From Candidatus Saccharibacteria bacterium oral taxon 488 (GTDB lineage Bacteria; Patescibacteriota; Saccharimonadia; Saccharimonadales; Saccharimonadaceae): 32,000 bases of DNA. A program made the translations under genes and the position numbers. Where the stretch lies: NCBI GenBank assembly GCA_010202845.1, contig CP047921.1:630001-662000 (forward strand), written 5' to 3'. Positions 1 through 7,842 of this stretch are shown here, in pieces. The notes under the pieces are model-generated. The model was given only the letters and a program-made list of their open reading frames with translations. It did no database searches and was not told the origin of the DNA. Numbering within the stretch: the stretch's first letter is position 1; each line of letters starts with the position of its first letter.

Positions 1-127
1 GTAAGCCAAGTGATGAAATAGCTAAAATCGGAAACGTCAAAATAAGCAATAATGTAGCGATGATTATAGCTATAATTTTCTTAATGCTGAAACCAAAATT
101 TGTAAACAAAACTACCGCGCCGTTCAT
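1..127 (-). CDS. Partial CDS (N-terminus only, runs off the left edge): membrane-anchored protein, next gene of the T4SS operon
   Basis: ATG at 127..125 overlaps the VirB4-like stop as ATGA (124-127). Translation MNGAVVLFTNFGFSIKKIIAIIIATLLLILTFPILAISSLGL... stays open to position 1 and has a hydrophobic TM-like segment. Confidence 0.4.
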   Translation of the reverse strand, partial: MNGAVVLFTNFGFSIKKIIAIIIATLLLILTFPILAISSLGL

Positions 128-1902
128 GATGAATACAACTCCGCAGGATTAGTCGTGATGAGCGGGTGTTCTTTTTCGGCTGCCACAACTTTAACGGCGA
201 CATGGTTTTGGTCGGCGATAAGCAAAGCATCGCCTCGCTCGCACATGAGCAGAAAACTTTGTTCATATTCGCTGAGGTTAAATTCGTTAACCACGCCTTT
301 GATAGTCGTCGTATCCTGGCGCATTAAAATCCGCAGTGCGCTTTGCGAAGCAATAGCGCGACCATACTCACTTTTGAGAAAGTCATTAGCTTGTTGCGAT
401 ATAATTGACACGCCGAGATAATATTTGCGTGCCCGACGCACCAGTCCTGCTACAAACCGCGCCGACTCCTCGTGTTGCAACAAAATCCAGCCCTCATCGA
501 TAATCAGCAGCCGCTTTTCTGGCTTAGCCATGACTTGATTTTTCACAAAATTAGAGATAATTAACATCATAATTTGGCGCAGATTTTCTGGTAAATCTTT
601 GATATCGAAAATAACCAAGCGGTTGTCTAATTTAACATTTGTTTGCGCATTGAATACATCCGCCAGCGAGCCGGAAATATATTTTTCTAACTTTTCACAC
701 AATTTTAGCTGACCCAACTTTCGAAGTTCCGCGTATAAATCTTCTAAAAGCGGCGGTTTGGTTTTTGACTTTTTGTAGATTTTCAAAACCGCTTTGTCAA
801 TGGCGGCTTTTTCGCGCGCCGTTAAACTTTCAGCCATCAAACCGATTACGTCCATTAGATCTTGTGCATGCTCAGATAAATCACTAATTTCGTGAACAGT
901 CGTCGCTAGGTCAAAAGGGTTAATTTTCTGCTTACTCTTGGCTGATAATTTTATATACGTGCCTTTTACTGATTCGGCGAGGCGCTTGTATTCACGCTCT
1001 GGGTCGATGACGATGACACGCGTGCCTTGCATGAGTTGGCGTAAAATCTCGACTTTGGTGGTGTAACTTTTGCCAGCACCCGACTGCGCAAATGTGATTG
1101 AGTTAGCATTGTGTAAACTAAACCTGTCCAAAATAACCAGCGAGTTGTTTGATTTGTTGACACCATAAAGGATGCCCGATTCCTGCACCAATTCTGATGA
1201 CATAAACGGAAAAGTCAGAGCGGCGCTGGAACTATCAAGGTTGCGCTTTTGCGCCAATTGGTCTTCGCCGCGTGGCAAAATTGATTGCAGCGCCTCTAAC
1301 TGCTGATAGCGCGCTACTTTTGAGTAAAACAACCGCGCCGACAGATTAGCTTCAAGCAACTTGGTGGTTTTATCAAGTTCTTCTTTGGTCTCAGAACGAA
1401 TGCAAATATAGATCGCCATTTGGAATAATTTTTCCTGACCGCGCTGAATTTTATCGCGCAAATCAATCGCCGACTCAAGCGGGTCGGTAATTTCCGAGCC
1501 AACGATTCGTCCCTCGCGCATCATCGCCCGGCGTGTGGATTCAAGCTCGGTAATTTTACGATTTAGTTTTGGCAGCGCCGCTCGGGCGTCTACTTCATGC
1601 AGATGATAACTAATGTCGATGTCGTGATTAAAATGAATCAAGCTATCCATCCAGTCCGAACTCGCTACGAACGGATATCCAGAAATAAACAACGTGCGCA
1701 TGTACACACCGTCGATGCAAAGATAATCAACGTTTTCTTCCAGCCCAGCGTAGGATAAAATATCCAGCGCGTCTTGTTTGCCAAATGTGATATTGAGCTC
1801 TTTTTGCTGTTCCTCGCGCTGGCGGTCGCGGCGTCGTTTCGGAGCACTAATTGAGTCACTAATTCTTTTGATAAATACTGGTGTGCGCGGTTTTTTAATC
1901 AT
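124..1902 (-). CDS. virB4: T4SS ATPase, VirB4/TraE/PrgJ type: central and ATPase portion
   Basis: Walker A 'AQSGAGKSYTT', Walker B 'RLLIIDEGW', and 'YLCIDGVYMRTLFISGYP' typical of Gram-positive VirB4 proteins. Start placed at ATG 1902 (GGGAG 8 nt upstream; ATGATTAA overlap with the upstream stop). The ORF-track start at 1917 is also possible. Confidence 0.85.
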   Translation of the reverse strand: MIKKPRTPVFIKRISDSISAPKRRRDRQREEQQKELNITFGKQDALDILSYAGLEENVDYLCIDGVYMRTLFISGYPFVASSDWMDSLIHFNHDIDISYHLHEVDARAALPKLNRKITELESTRRAMMREGRIVGSEITDPLESAIDLRDKIQRGQEKLFQMAIYICIRSETKEELDKTTKLLEANLSARLFYSKVARYQQLEALQSILPRGEDQLAQKRNLDSSSAALTFPFMSSELVQESGILYGVNKSNNSLVILDRFSLHNANSITFAQSGAGKSYTTKVEILRQLMQGTRVIVIDPEREYKRLAESVKGTYIKLSAKSKQKINPFDLATTVHEISDLSEHAQDLMDVIGLMAESLTAREKAAIDKAVLKIYKKSKTKPPLLEDLYAELRKLGQLKLCEKLEKYISGSLADVFNAQTNVKLDNRLVIFDIKDLPENLRQIMMLIISNFVKNQVMAKPEKRLLIIDEGWILLQHEESARFVAGLVRRARKYYLGVSIISQQANDFLKSEYGRAIASQSALRILMRQDTTTIKGVVNEFNLSEYEQSFLLMCERGDALLIADQNHVAVKVVAAEKEHPLITTNPAELYSS

Positions 1903-2536
1903 TAATTTTACTCCCATCTCGCATTAACGCGGTGTGAATTGTCTGCAAAGCGCGTTCAGTTAGCGGCTGAATTTTTGCTTGCGCTGGGCTGTAGAAACTG
2001 TAGAACAAATCAAGCACTTCGAGGCTATCTAGCTGATCAGCGCGCATGCCGAGCCGCGCCATACCTTTGGCGATAATATCAATGCGGAGTTTGAGCTGTT
2101 CGCGGATTAAATCAAAATCAGCTTTGTTGTCGGTCGGTCGAAAAGGAATAATGATATAAAAATGCCGTGTCAAAATCTTGTTGTCGGTGATGAGCGAACG
2201 AATAAATTCATCGTAATTTTTCAGTTGAGTTTTGTAAACGGGAATCGTCTCGCTCTGCAATCGGTAGTTCAAATCCTCTAAATATCCGTCCATATCAATT
2301 TCGCGCGTACGTACTAAAATTTGAATCGGCCAACCAATCGAATTGAGAAAACTTTCGTAGGTATCAATGATTGCGTCTTGCTCATCCTCGCTACGCAGCT
2401 CAAAATTCAGCGCCGAAACGGACAAGATTGCCCGATAATTATTCTGTGGCAATAACAAAATTCCGTCGCGCACACCCTTTAGCGCAATCTGCCGCCTGGC
2501 GCTAGATTTAGCGTTTGACTTTCGTAAACCGAACAT
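1895..2536 (-). CDS. VirB4 N-terminal-domain-like protein encoded as a separate ORF
   Basis: 'ALKGVRDGILLLPQNNYRAILSVSALNFELRSEDEQDAIIDTYESFLNSIGWPIQILV' resembles, from memory, the N-terminal domain of Gram-positive VirB4 ATPases (Tn916 Orf16/TcpF type). Start moved to ATG 2536 (GAGGGGG about 6 nt upstream). 213 aa plus 592 aa is about the length of a full VirB4. Confidence 0.6.
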   Translation of the reverse strand: MFGLRKSNAKSSARRQIALKGVRDGILLLPQNNYRAILSVSALNFELRSEDEQDAIIDTYESFLNSIGWPIQILVRTREIDMDGYLEDLNYRLQSETIPVYKTQLKNYDEFIRSLITDNKILTRHFYIIIPFRPTDNKADFDLIREQLKLRIDIIAKGMARLGMRADQLDSLEVLDLFYSFYSPAQAKIQPLTERALQTIHTALMRDGSKIND

Positions 2537-3014
2537 GCAAACCCCCTCTCTTATCAGTTTCAAAACGAACATCAGCGGCTGGGTCGTCTATAATTTGGCG
2601 GGTTTTGATGGTTGATGCGTCATCCAATTTTTCTAGCTTTTGCGGCTTTTTGGTTGGTTGATTTGTGGCTTCTTCGTCTTCAGGTGGAGCACTTTTATAT
2701 TCATCACGAAACGCAGTAGTGTTTTTATTGAACAGATAATATTTTGGTCGCAAATTGTAACGCAGTACCGTCACCAGCCAAAGCGCAATGATTTTACCCC
2801 TAACACGAACCGACAAAACTCCACAAATCATCAAACTTAACGTCATCAAAACGTATTTATAAAGCGCGCCGTTCATAACCGGCGGCAGCAGCGCGAAAAC
2901 TCCCGCGCTAAAGAAAACAGGAATCATCAAGAGCACGATTTGTGAAAAACCGAGCTTGCCGATAATCCGATCTTCTACGGTAGTAACCTGCGCAGGAACG
3001 ACTGTCGTTTTCAT
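2508..3014 (-). CDS. PrgI/VirB3-like small T4SS membrane protein
   Basis: N-terminal 'VPAQVTTVEDRIIGKLGFSQIVLL' followed by two hydrophobic helices. It sits directly upstream of VirB4 and has an ATGA start/stop overlap with the upstream gene (3011-3014). Confidence 0.6.
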   Translation of the reverse strand: MKTTVVPAQVTTVEDRIIGKLGFSQIVLLMIPVFFSAGVFALLPPVMNGALYKYVLMTLSLMICGVLSVRVRGKIIALWLVTVLRYNLRPKYYLFNKNTTAFRDEYKSAPPEDEEATNQPTKKPQKLEKLDDASTIKTRQIIDDPAADVRFETDKRGGLHVRFTKVKR

Positions 3015-4528
3015 GATTTTTTACCTCGCTGTTTAGTCGATTTTATTTTCGATCCGGCACGGTAAGTTGTGCCGGTTTTGAGTGGTTTTGATTCGGGCAT
3101 ATTAACAACGGTTAGATTATTTTTGCTGCGCGGATTTACGGCGTAGGTGATTTCCGCGTCGCCTTTTTTGTTTAGATAACTCACTTTCATCGGCGACTTT
3201 GTTTGACGCGCCACCGTTTCGAGAGTCGAGTGAACCCGGGCTTTTTTGGCGGCGTGAGTGGTATTCTTCACGCGCTGGGTCGTTTTGTGCACCACTTTCG
3301 AGCCAGTGCCTGTCATGTAGCTGACGCCGTTCATAAACTGACCACCCAGCTTCTTTAGATTGCGCGCACCCATACTAACGAAACTAAATTGTATCATCAC
3401 GCCTTGAACTTTTAATAAAGTCAGAATAGTTGCTATGCCTGCTACCATCGCCATCAAGGTGTCGGGAAATGCATTGTTACTGCCGCTAGTCGCCATACCA
3501 GAAAACAGCGACGACGCTAATTGCAATATAACCACATGGACAAACAAAACGAAAATTGTTGATAAGAACGTCTTCATCGAAGTTTCGGCAAAATCACGAA
3601 ACCCCGGCACTAACCACAACATACTCACCAGCGGTGACAGGACAGTGCCGATAAATAAAGTGATTAAACGCATAACATAATACACCAACAATATGACCGA
3701 GCAAATCAGAAAAGCCACCATGATCAGCAGCGCCGCCACGCCCTGACCAGACGTTTTTTCGACAACTTTGATGAGCGTACTCCAGACGGTCGATGCACCC
3801 GAAATTTGGTTGACTGCCGAGATGAGAACGTTGGATAAACTAATGATGCCATCAATCAAAAATATCGAGGTGTTCATCAGCAAAAATATCAGCGCTATGC
3901 GTGGCAGTAGGTGCTTGACTTCAACTTCGTCAAAACCAAAACTCGACGCGCTCATGACCTGAAATCCGACTAGCGCCACAACTAAAATTAACAGCACATC
4001 AGCGATGCCGACAATCGCTAGCCATAGATTAAACACGACTTTATTGCTCGCCATCAACGGCGTCGATTTGGTGAAAAATTCTAGCGCGCTCAAAAATGGC
4101 GAGGCTATGGCGTTAATAATCGACGACAATAGCCCCGTCACAGCTTTGATGATCATCTCGATCAAGCCGTTGTTTTCTGATTTGGGCGTGACTGCCTGTA
4201 GGTTCGGTAGGTTTGCGTCATTTGGATTTTGCACCGCTTGATATGAACCGTTCAAAATAGAAACTATTGTCACAGCGGCTAGTACGACGACTAACCCAAT
4301 CGCTGCTTTTTTAGCGATGTTTTTAGCGTGCTCCATGCGGTCTGGTTTGCCACTGCTGGTCATGTAAATATAGCCAGCATGCGCCAAAAAGAAAGCGCAA
4401 GCCAGCGACGCGATGCCCGATAAGATTTTGGCTGTCGGCAAAACATAATCACGCACGGTTTTTATGGCGCCAGCCGTATCAGCAAATAACACTAAATTGC
4501 TAGTGAAAATATCGACAAAGTCGAACAT
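3011..4528 (-). CDS. VirB6/TrbL/PrgH-like polytopic T4SS membrane protein with an N-terminal VirB2-like module
   Basis: 505 aa with multiple long hydrophobic helices and a basic C-terminal tail. It lies between the VirB2-like and PrgI/VirB4 genes. The call rests on architecture and context only. Confidence 0.55.
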   Translation of the reverse strand: MFDFVDIFTSNLVLFADTAGAIKTVRDYVLPTAKILSGIASLACAFFLAHAGYIYMTSSGKPDRMEHAKNIAKKAAIGLVVVLAAVTIVSILNGSYQAVQNPNDANLPNLQAVTPKSENNGLIEMIIKAVTGLLSSIINAIASPFLSALEFFTKSTPLMASNKVVFNLWLAIVGIADVLLILVVALVGFQVMSASSFGFDEVEVKHLLPRIALIFLLMNTSIFLIDGIISLSNVLISAVNQISGASTVWSTLIKVVEKTSGQGVAALLIMVAFLICSVILLVYYVMRLITLFIGTVLSPLVSMLWLVPGFRDFAETSMKTFLSTIFVLFVHVVILQLASSLFSGMATSGSNNAFPDTLMAMVAGIATILTLLKVQGVMIQFSFVSMGARNLKKLGGQFMNGVSYMTGTGSKVVHKTTQRVKNTTHAAKKARVHSTLETVARQTKSPMKVSYLNKKGDAEITYAVNPRSKNNLTVVNMPESKPLKTGTTYRAGSKIKSTKQRGKKS

Positions 4529-4534
4529 TAGCGT

Positions 4535-4876
4535 TTAACCTCCGAAGGCTTGTCGCGCTAAAGTCGTTACGATGTTCGCTAATACAAACGCCGCAATAAC
4601 AATCGCTAGACCAATTGCCGACCATGTGATAGTGCGCTTTGCTTTGTCTAGTTGCTCAGGATTTCCCGAGCTAGTGATATAGGTAAAGCCGCCAGCAACA
4701 AAAAAGCCGGTTGCTACCAGACCGGCTAGTCCCGCCACCACTTGGATAACGCTTCGTATAAAATTCTCGACATTGCTGACACCAGCGGGTGCAGCTAGGG
4801 CTACGTTCGCCAACACAAATGGCGCTCCAACTGAGATAAATATTGCCGCCAAACAATATGTTTTTCTTGACACCAT
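4535..4876 (-). CDS. TrbC/VirB2-like T4SS pilin-type protein
   Basis: 113 aa. Signal-like N-terminus 'AIFISVGAPFVLANVALA', then two hydrophobic helices separated by 'TSSGNPEQLDKAKR'. An AAGGGAG SD lies upstream, and this is the first gene of the operon. Confidence 0.55.
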   Translation of the reverse strand: MVSRKTYCLAAIFISVGAPFVLANVALAAPAGVSNVENFIRSVIQVVAGLAGLVATGFFVAGGFTYITSSGNPEQLDKAKRTITWSAIGLAIVIAAFVLANIVTTLARQAFGG

Positions 4877-5133
4877 AAACTCCCTTTCACCAGAGCGTAA
4901 ACTTTGTGTTTACCTCCGTTATTTTTACGTTAGCAGGCATTAATTTACTTGGCAAGACGGCACTTGAAAGTCTACTATGGTGGTATCAGTGTGTTAGTTT
5001 CCGGGAGGTTTGTTAAATCTATAGAGGTACAGCTATGTTCTGCTTTGAGCCGAGAATTAAATTAACGAACTTACTAAAAAATATATTTTGTCGCCAACTT
5101 TACACTAATAAAAATTACAAGTAAACTAAAAAC

Positions 5134-5442
5134 ATGAGCAAACTAAAATCTGAAAAGATCGTCATATCTTCGCCGCTATCGTTTAGCGGCTCGGCAAAGC
5201 GCATTTGGAAAATTACGGATGTGGACAATCCAGTGGTGAAAGCGTTGCTTAGTTTGGTGGCTGCCGCGCTCATTATGTTCGCTTGGGTTTTCGTGGCGTT
5301 TTGGTACGTGCTGATTTACGTTGTTTTTGGAATTTTGTTCATTCCGTATCGGCTACTGCGGCGAAGTAGCCGCAAGCAAAAGCAAGCAAAATTGCGGCAT
5401 CGTGAAGTGCTGGAGGCAATAGAGAAAAATCGTAACTTATAA
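5134..5442 (+). CDS. Small membrane protein (two TM helices, basic tail), function unknown
   Basis: 'LLSLVAAALIMFAWVFVAFWYVLIYVVFGILFIPY' followed by 'RRSSRKQKQAKLRHR'. TTTACA-17-TAAACT boxes are present, with the ATG 6 nt after the -10. Confidence 0.5.
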   Translation: MSKLKSEKIVISSPLSFSGSAKRIWKITDVDNPVVKALLSLVAAALIMFAWVFVAFWYVLIYVVFGILFIPYRLLRRSSRKQKQAKLRHREVLEAIEKNRNL

Positions 5443-5823
5443 CCGCCGCAACACGGTCACGCGTTTCTTATCGTAAGTTTTCTGGGATTTGTGCAGAACT
5501 TCAGAATGAGAATCAAACCAAATAGTTATATCATCCGTTAGCTTTGACAACTCGAGACCGGTTTTCGTTAATTTATATTCAACTCGCGGCGGAATCGTCG
5601 GATAGAAAAAGCGCCGGACGATGCCGGCGCGTTCTAGCTGCTTGAGGTGCTCGGTGAGCACTTTTTGAGTCACCCCCGGAAGAGAGCGGTGTAGCGCAGA
5701 ATAGCGCTTAGTCTCAGTGCCAAGCGAAAGAATGATCGCGATAGTCCATTTGCGAAACAGCAGGCTTGTCATGAAATCGCGCGAATCGGCATACTGTTTT
5801 TTGGATACAGTAGTTTTTGTCAT
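5437..5823 (-). CDS. HxlR-family winged-helix transcriptional regulator
   Basis: 'FRKWTIAIILSLGTETKRYSALHRSLPGVTQKVLTEHLKQLERAGIVRRFFYPTIPPRVEYKLTKTG' is the HxlR signature. Start moved to ATG 5823 (GGAGGT SD 4 nt upstream). The longer ORF to 5940 crosses a palindrome and has no SD. Confidence 0.8.
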   Translation of the reverse strand: MTKTTVSKKQYADSRDFMTSLLFRKWTIAIILSLGTETKRYSALHRSLPGVTQKVLTEHLKQLERAGIVRRFFYPTIPPRVEYKLTKTGLELSKLTDDITIWFDSHSEVLHKSQKTYDKKRVTVLRRL

Positions 5824-5877
5824 GGTTACCTCCCGTTGATGTAAATGTATATTTGGCGTAAAAATAGCTGATGAAAA

Positions 5878-5907
5878 AATATCTCTGGAGGGCCCTCCAG
5901 AGATATT
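5878..5907. repeat. 30-bp perfect palindrome AATATCTCTGGAGGG|CCCTCCAGAGATATT, a hairpin or operator
   Basis: Read directly. Both arms are fully complementary with no loop. On the minus strand a T6 run follows it (plus-strand AAAAAA at 5874-5879), giving the geometry of an intrinsic terminator for minus-strand transcripts. Confidence 0.9.
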
Positions 5908-6050
5908 ATGTGGCCCATCCTTAGTTATGTATTGTAACATCGCGCAACCAAGATGTCAAATAACAACTATTATTACACCTCCTTGTCTATTGTTGGTGTT
6001 GTCGCGCACTGGCTTTATATCTGATCTTATTTGTAGTACAATAATCCTAT

Positions 6051-7274
6051 ATGAATGATCGTACGCATAAAATCAATACAAACGAAGGTCTTATTGATGA
6101 GGCATTATCCCGTTCAGTAGCTGAAATTCTACCAAGCAAGAGAGAACTTAAAAAAGAACTACAAAGCGGCAAGCGATTGACGTTTTATCTAGGCATTGAT
6201 CCTACCGCCAGCTACGTTCACCTCGGACATTCGACAAACTATTTAATGCTTGAGCGCTTTCACGCCCTAGGTCATCGAATTATTGTATTGATTGGTGATT
6301 TTACGGCAATGATCGGTGATCCAAGTGATAAAACTTCAATGCGCGTGCAGCTAACGCGCGAACAGGTACTTGATAACTTAAAAACATTTAAACAACAGAT
6401 CGGAAAAATCCTAAACTTTAATGATGCCGATAATCCTATAGAATTTAAATTTAACTCAGAATGGCTTTCAAAGCTAACGTTTGAGGACTCTGTCGAGCTG
6501 GCCTCAAATTTTACGGTTCAGCAGATGCTTGAACGGGATGCATTCAAAAAAAGGGTTGCTGAGGAGAAGCCCCTTTTCGTGCATGAATTCTTCTATCCAT
6601 TAATGCAAGGGTATGATTCTGTGGCCCTAGATGTTGACGTGGAAGTGGGCGGCACTGACCAAACTTTCAATATGCTTGCTGGGCGTACACTGCTGAAACG
6701 TTACAAACAGAAGGAAAAGTTTGTAATTACGACAACTCTATTAGTTAATCCAGATACGGGCGAGAAGTTGATGAGTAAGAGCCTTGGTACTGGTGTAGGA
6801 TTGGACCTTGGCGCCAAAGAGATGTTCTTCAAGATCATGCAAATATCAGACGCCGGCATCTATCAGTGTTTCGTGGACTGTACGCGTCTATCAATGGGCG
6901 AGATTGCCGAAATAAAAAAGCGGCTTGATAGCAATGAAAATCCCCGTGACATTAAAAAAGAGCTTGCTCGAGAAGTGGTGTCTATGTACCACGGCAGTGA
7001 GGCTGCTTTTGATGCCGAAAAGCGATGGGTATCTGAAGTTAGCCATAAGAATTTAGCTCAAGATATTCATACTGTTCAAATTGGTTCTGACGAGTCAATT
7101 GTTGATTTGATAGCTCGTCTAGATATAGTTAAAAGTCGCGGCGAAGCCAGGCGTTTAATCAAGCAAAATGCTGTTAAAATTAACAACAATAGAGTAAACA
7201 ATGAGAACGCAACCCTTATTAATGGCGACATCTTGCATGTTGGGAAAAAGCATGCCTTTAAAGTGTCTGTATAG
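6051..7274 (+). CDS. tyrS: Tyrosyl-tRNA synthetase (canonical-looking copy)
   Basis: HIGH motif 'HLGH', 'GDFTAMIGDPSDK', 'YPLMQGYD', 'GGTDQTFN', KMSKS-type 'LMSKS' and a C-terminal S4-like 'SRGEARRLIKQNAVKINN'. A TACAAT box ends 8 nt before the ATG. Confidence 0.9.
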   Translation: MNDRTHKINTNEGLIDEALSRSVAEILPSKRELKKELQSGKRLTFYLGIDPTASYVHLGHSTNYLMLERFHALGHRIIVLIGDFTAMIGDPSDKTSMRVQLTREQVLDNLKTFKQQIGKILNFNDADNPIEFKFNSEWLSKLTFEDSVELASNFTVQQMLERDAFKKRVAEEKPLFVHEFFYPLMQGYDSVALDVDVEVGGTDQTFNMLAGRTLLKRYKQKEKFVITTTLLVNPDTGEKLMSKSLGTGVGLDLGAKEMFFKIMQISDAGIYQCFVDCTRLSMGEIAEIKKRLDSNENPRDIKKELAREVVSMYHGSEAAFDAEKRWVSEVSHKNLAQDIHTVQIGSDESIVDLIARLDIVKSRGEARRLIKQNAVKINNNRVNNENATLINGDILHVGKKHAFKVSV

Positions 7275-7284
7275 GTAGCTCATT

Positions 7285-7842
7285 ATGAATGAGACTGACA
7301 TCATAAATCTGCTTCGCAGAGACAATGAGTTTATGGAGGTGGCTAGAGGTATAAATTCACAAGTACCACCCGATTGTAGTTGGTGTATATTTTCTGGTTT
7401 CGTGCGCAATAAAGTGTGGGACTATATCCATGGCAATACCACTCCTACTAGAGCATCGGATATTGATGTCGCCCTCTATATGCCAGGCGACAATACGATG
7501 GCGATAAACGTCAAGCAGAAGCTAGAAGAGTTATATCCGACCTATAGTTGGGATGTTTCGAACTTCGCCTATAGCCATACTGAAAACAACGACAGCCCTT
7601 ACGTGAATTTGATCGACGGGTTGAGTAAAGAGCTCGAGACGATCACAAGTGTTGGTTTAACTCTTCGCTCAGACGGCTCTCTAGTAATAATCGCCCCTCA
7701 CGACATTGGTGATCTTGTTAAATGTATTATTCGTCCTACGCCTATCATCTATGCAAATCCAGAAAAACGACAGCTGATCGTTGATCGTATATCAAGAAAA
7801 CGCTTGCTTGAAAAGTGGCCAAAGCTACAGGTTATTATATAG
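7285..7842 (+). CDS. Nucleotidyltransferase-family protein (NTP_transf_6/DUF925-like)
   Basis: 'WCIFSGFVRNKVWDYIHG...SDIDVALY', 'WDVSNFAYSH', 'IRPTP' and 'KWPKLQV' match my recollection of the PF06042 pattern. Confidence 0.55.
   Translation: MNETDIINLLRRDNEFMEVARGINSQVPPDCSWCIFSGFVRNKVWDYIHGNTTPTRASDIDVALYMPGDNTMAINVKQKLEELYPTYSWDVSNFAYSHTENNDSPYVNLIDGLSKELETITSVGLTLRSDGSLVIIAPHDIGDLVKCIIRPTPIIYANPEKRQLIVDRISRKRLLEKWPKLQVII

Noticed and set aside
1895-1902. Programmed +1 frameshift fusing the two VirB4 ORFs at AAT GAT TAA AAA A.
   Set aside because: The P-site codon GAU cannot re-pair in the +1 frame (AUU). An SD and an ATG are correctly placed for independent, coupled initiation. The A-run lies after the stop.
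81-4241. Numerous 60-90-aa ORFs overlapping the T4SS genes on the opposite strand or in other frames (for example 155-421, 966-1166, 3435-3680 and 4005-4241).
   Set aside because: They are nested inside long, motif-supported genes of a tightly coupled operon and have no initiation signals of their own, so they are shadow ORFs.
5437-5940. The long 167-aa version of the HxlR ORF.
   Set aside because: The extra 39 N-terminal residues are translated across the 30-bp palindrome and have no SD. An internal ATG at 5823 has a GGAGGT SD and gives a typical HxlR length of about 128 aa.
5824-6050. T-box riboswitch leader upstream of tyrS-1. 'TTGGTGTTGTCGCGCA' loosely resembles the T-box GGGTGGTACCGCG.
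   Set aside because: No terminator/antiterminator pair follows it, and no specifier-loop or AGAGA/GNUGGNA elements were seen. A TACAAT box 8 nt from the ATG implies a leaderless transcript that would exclude this region.
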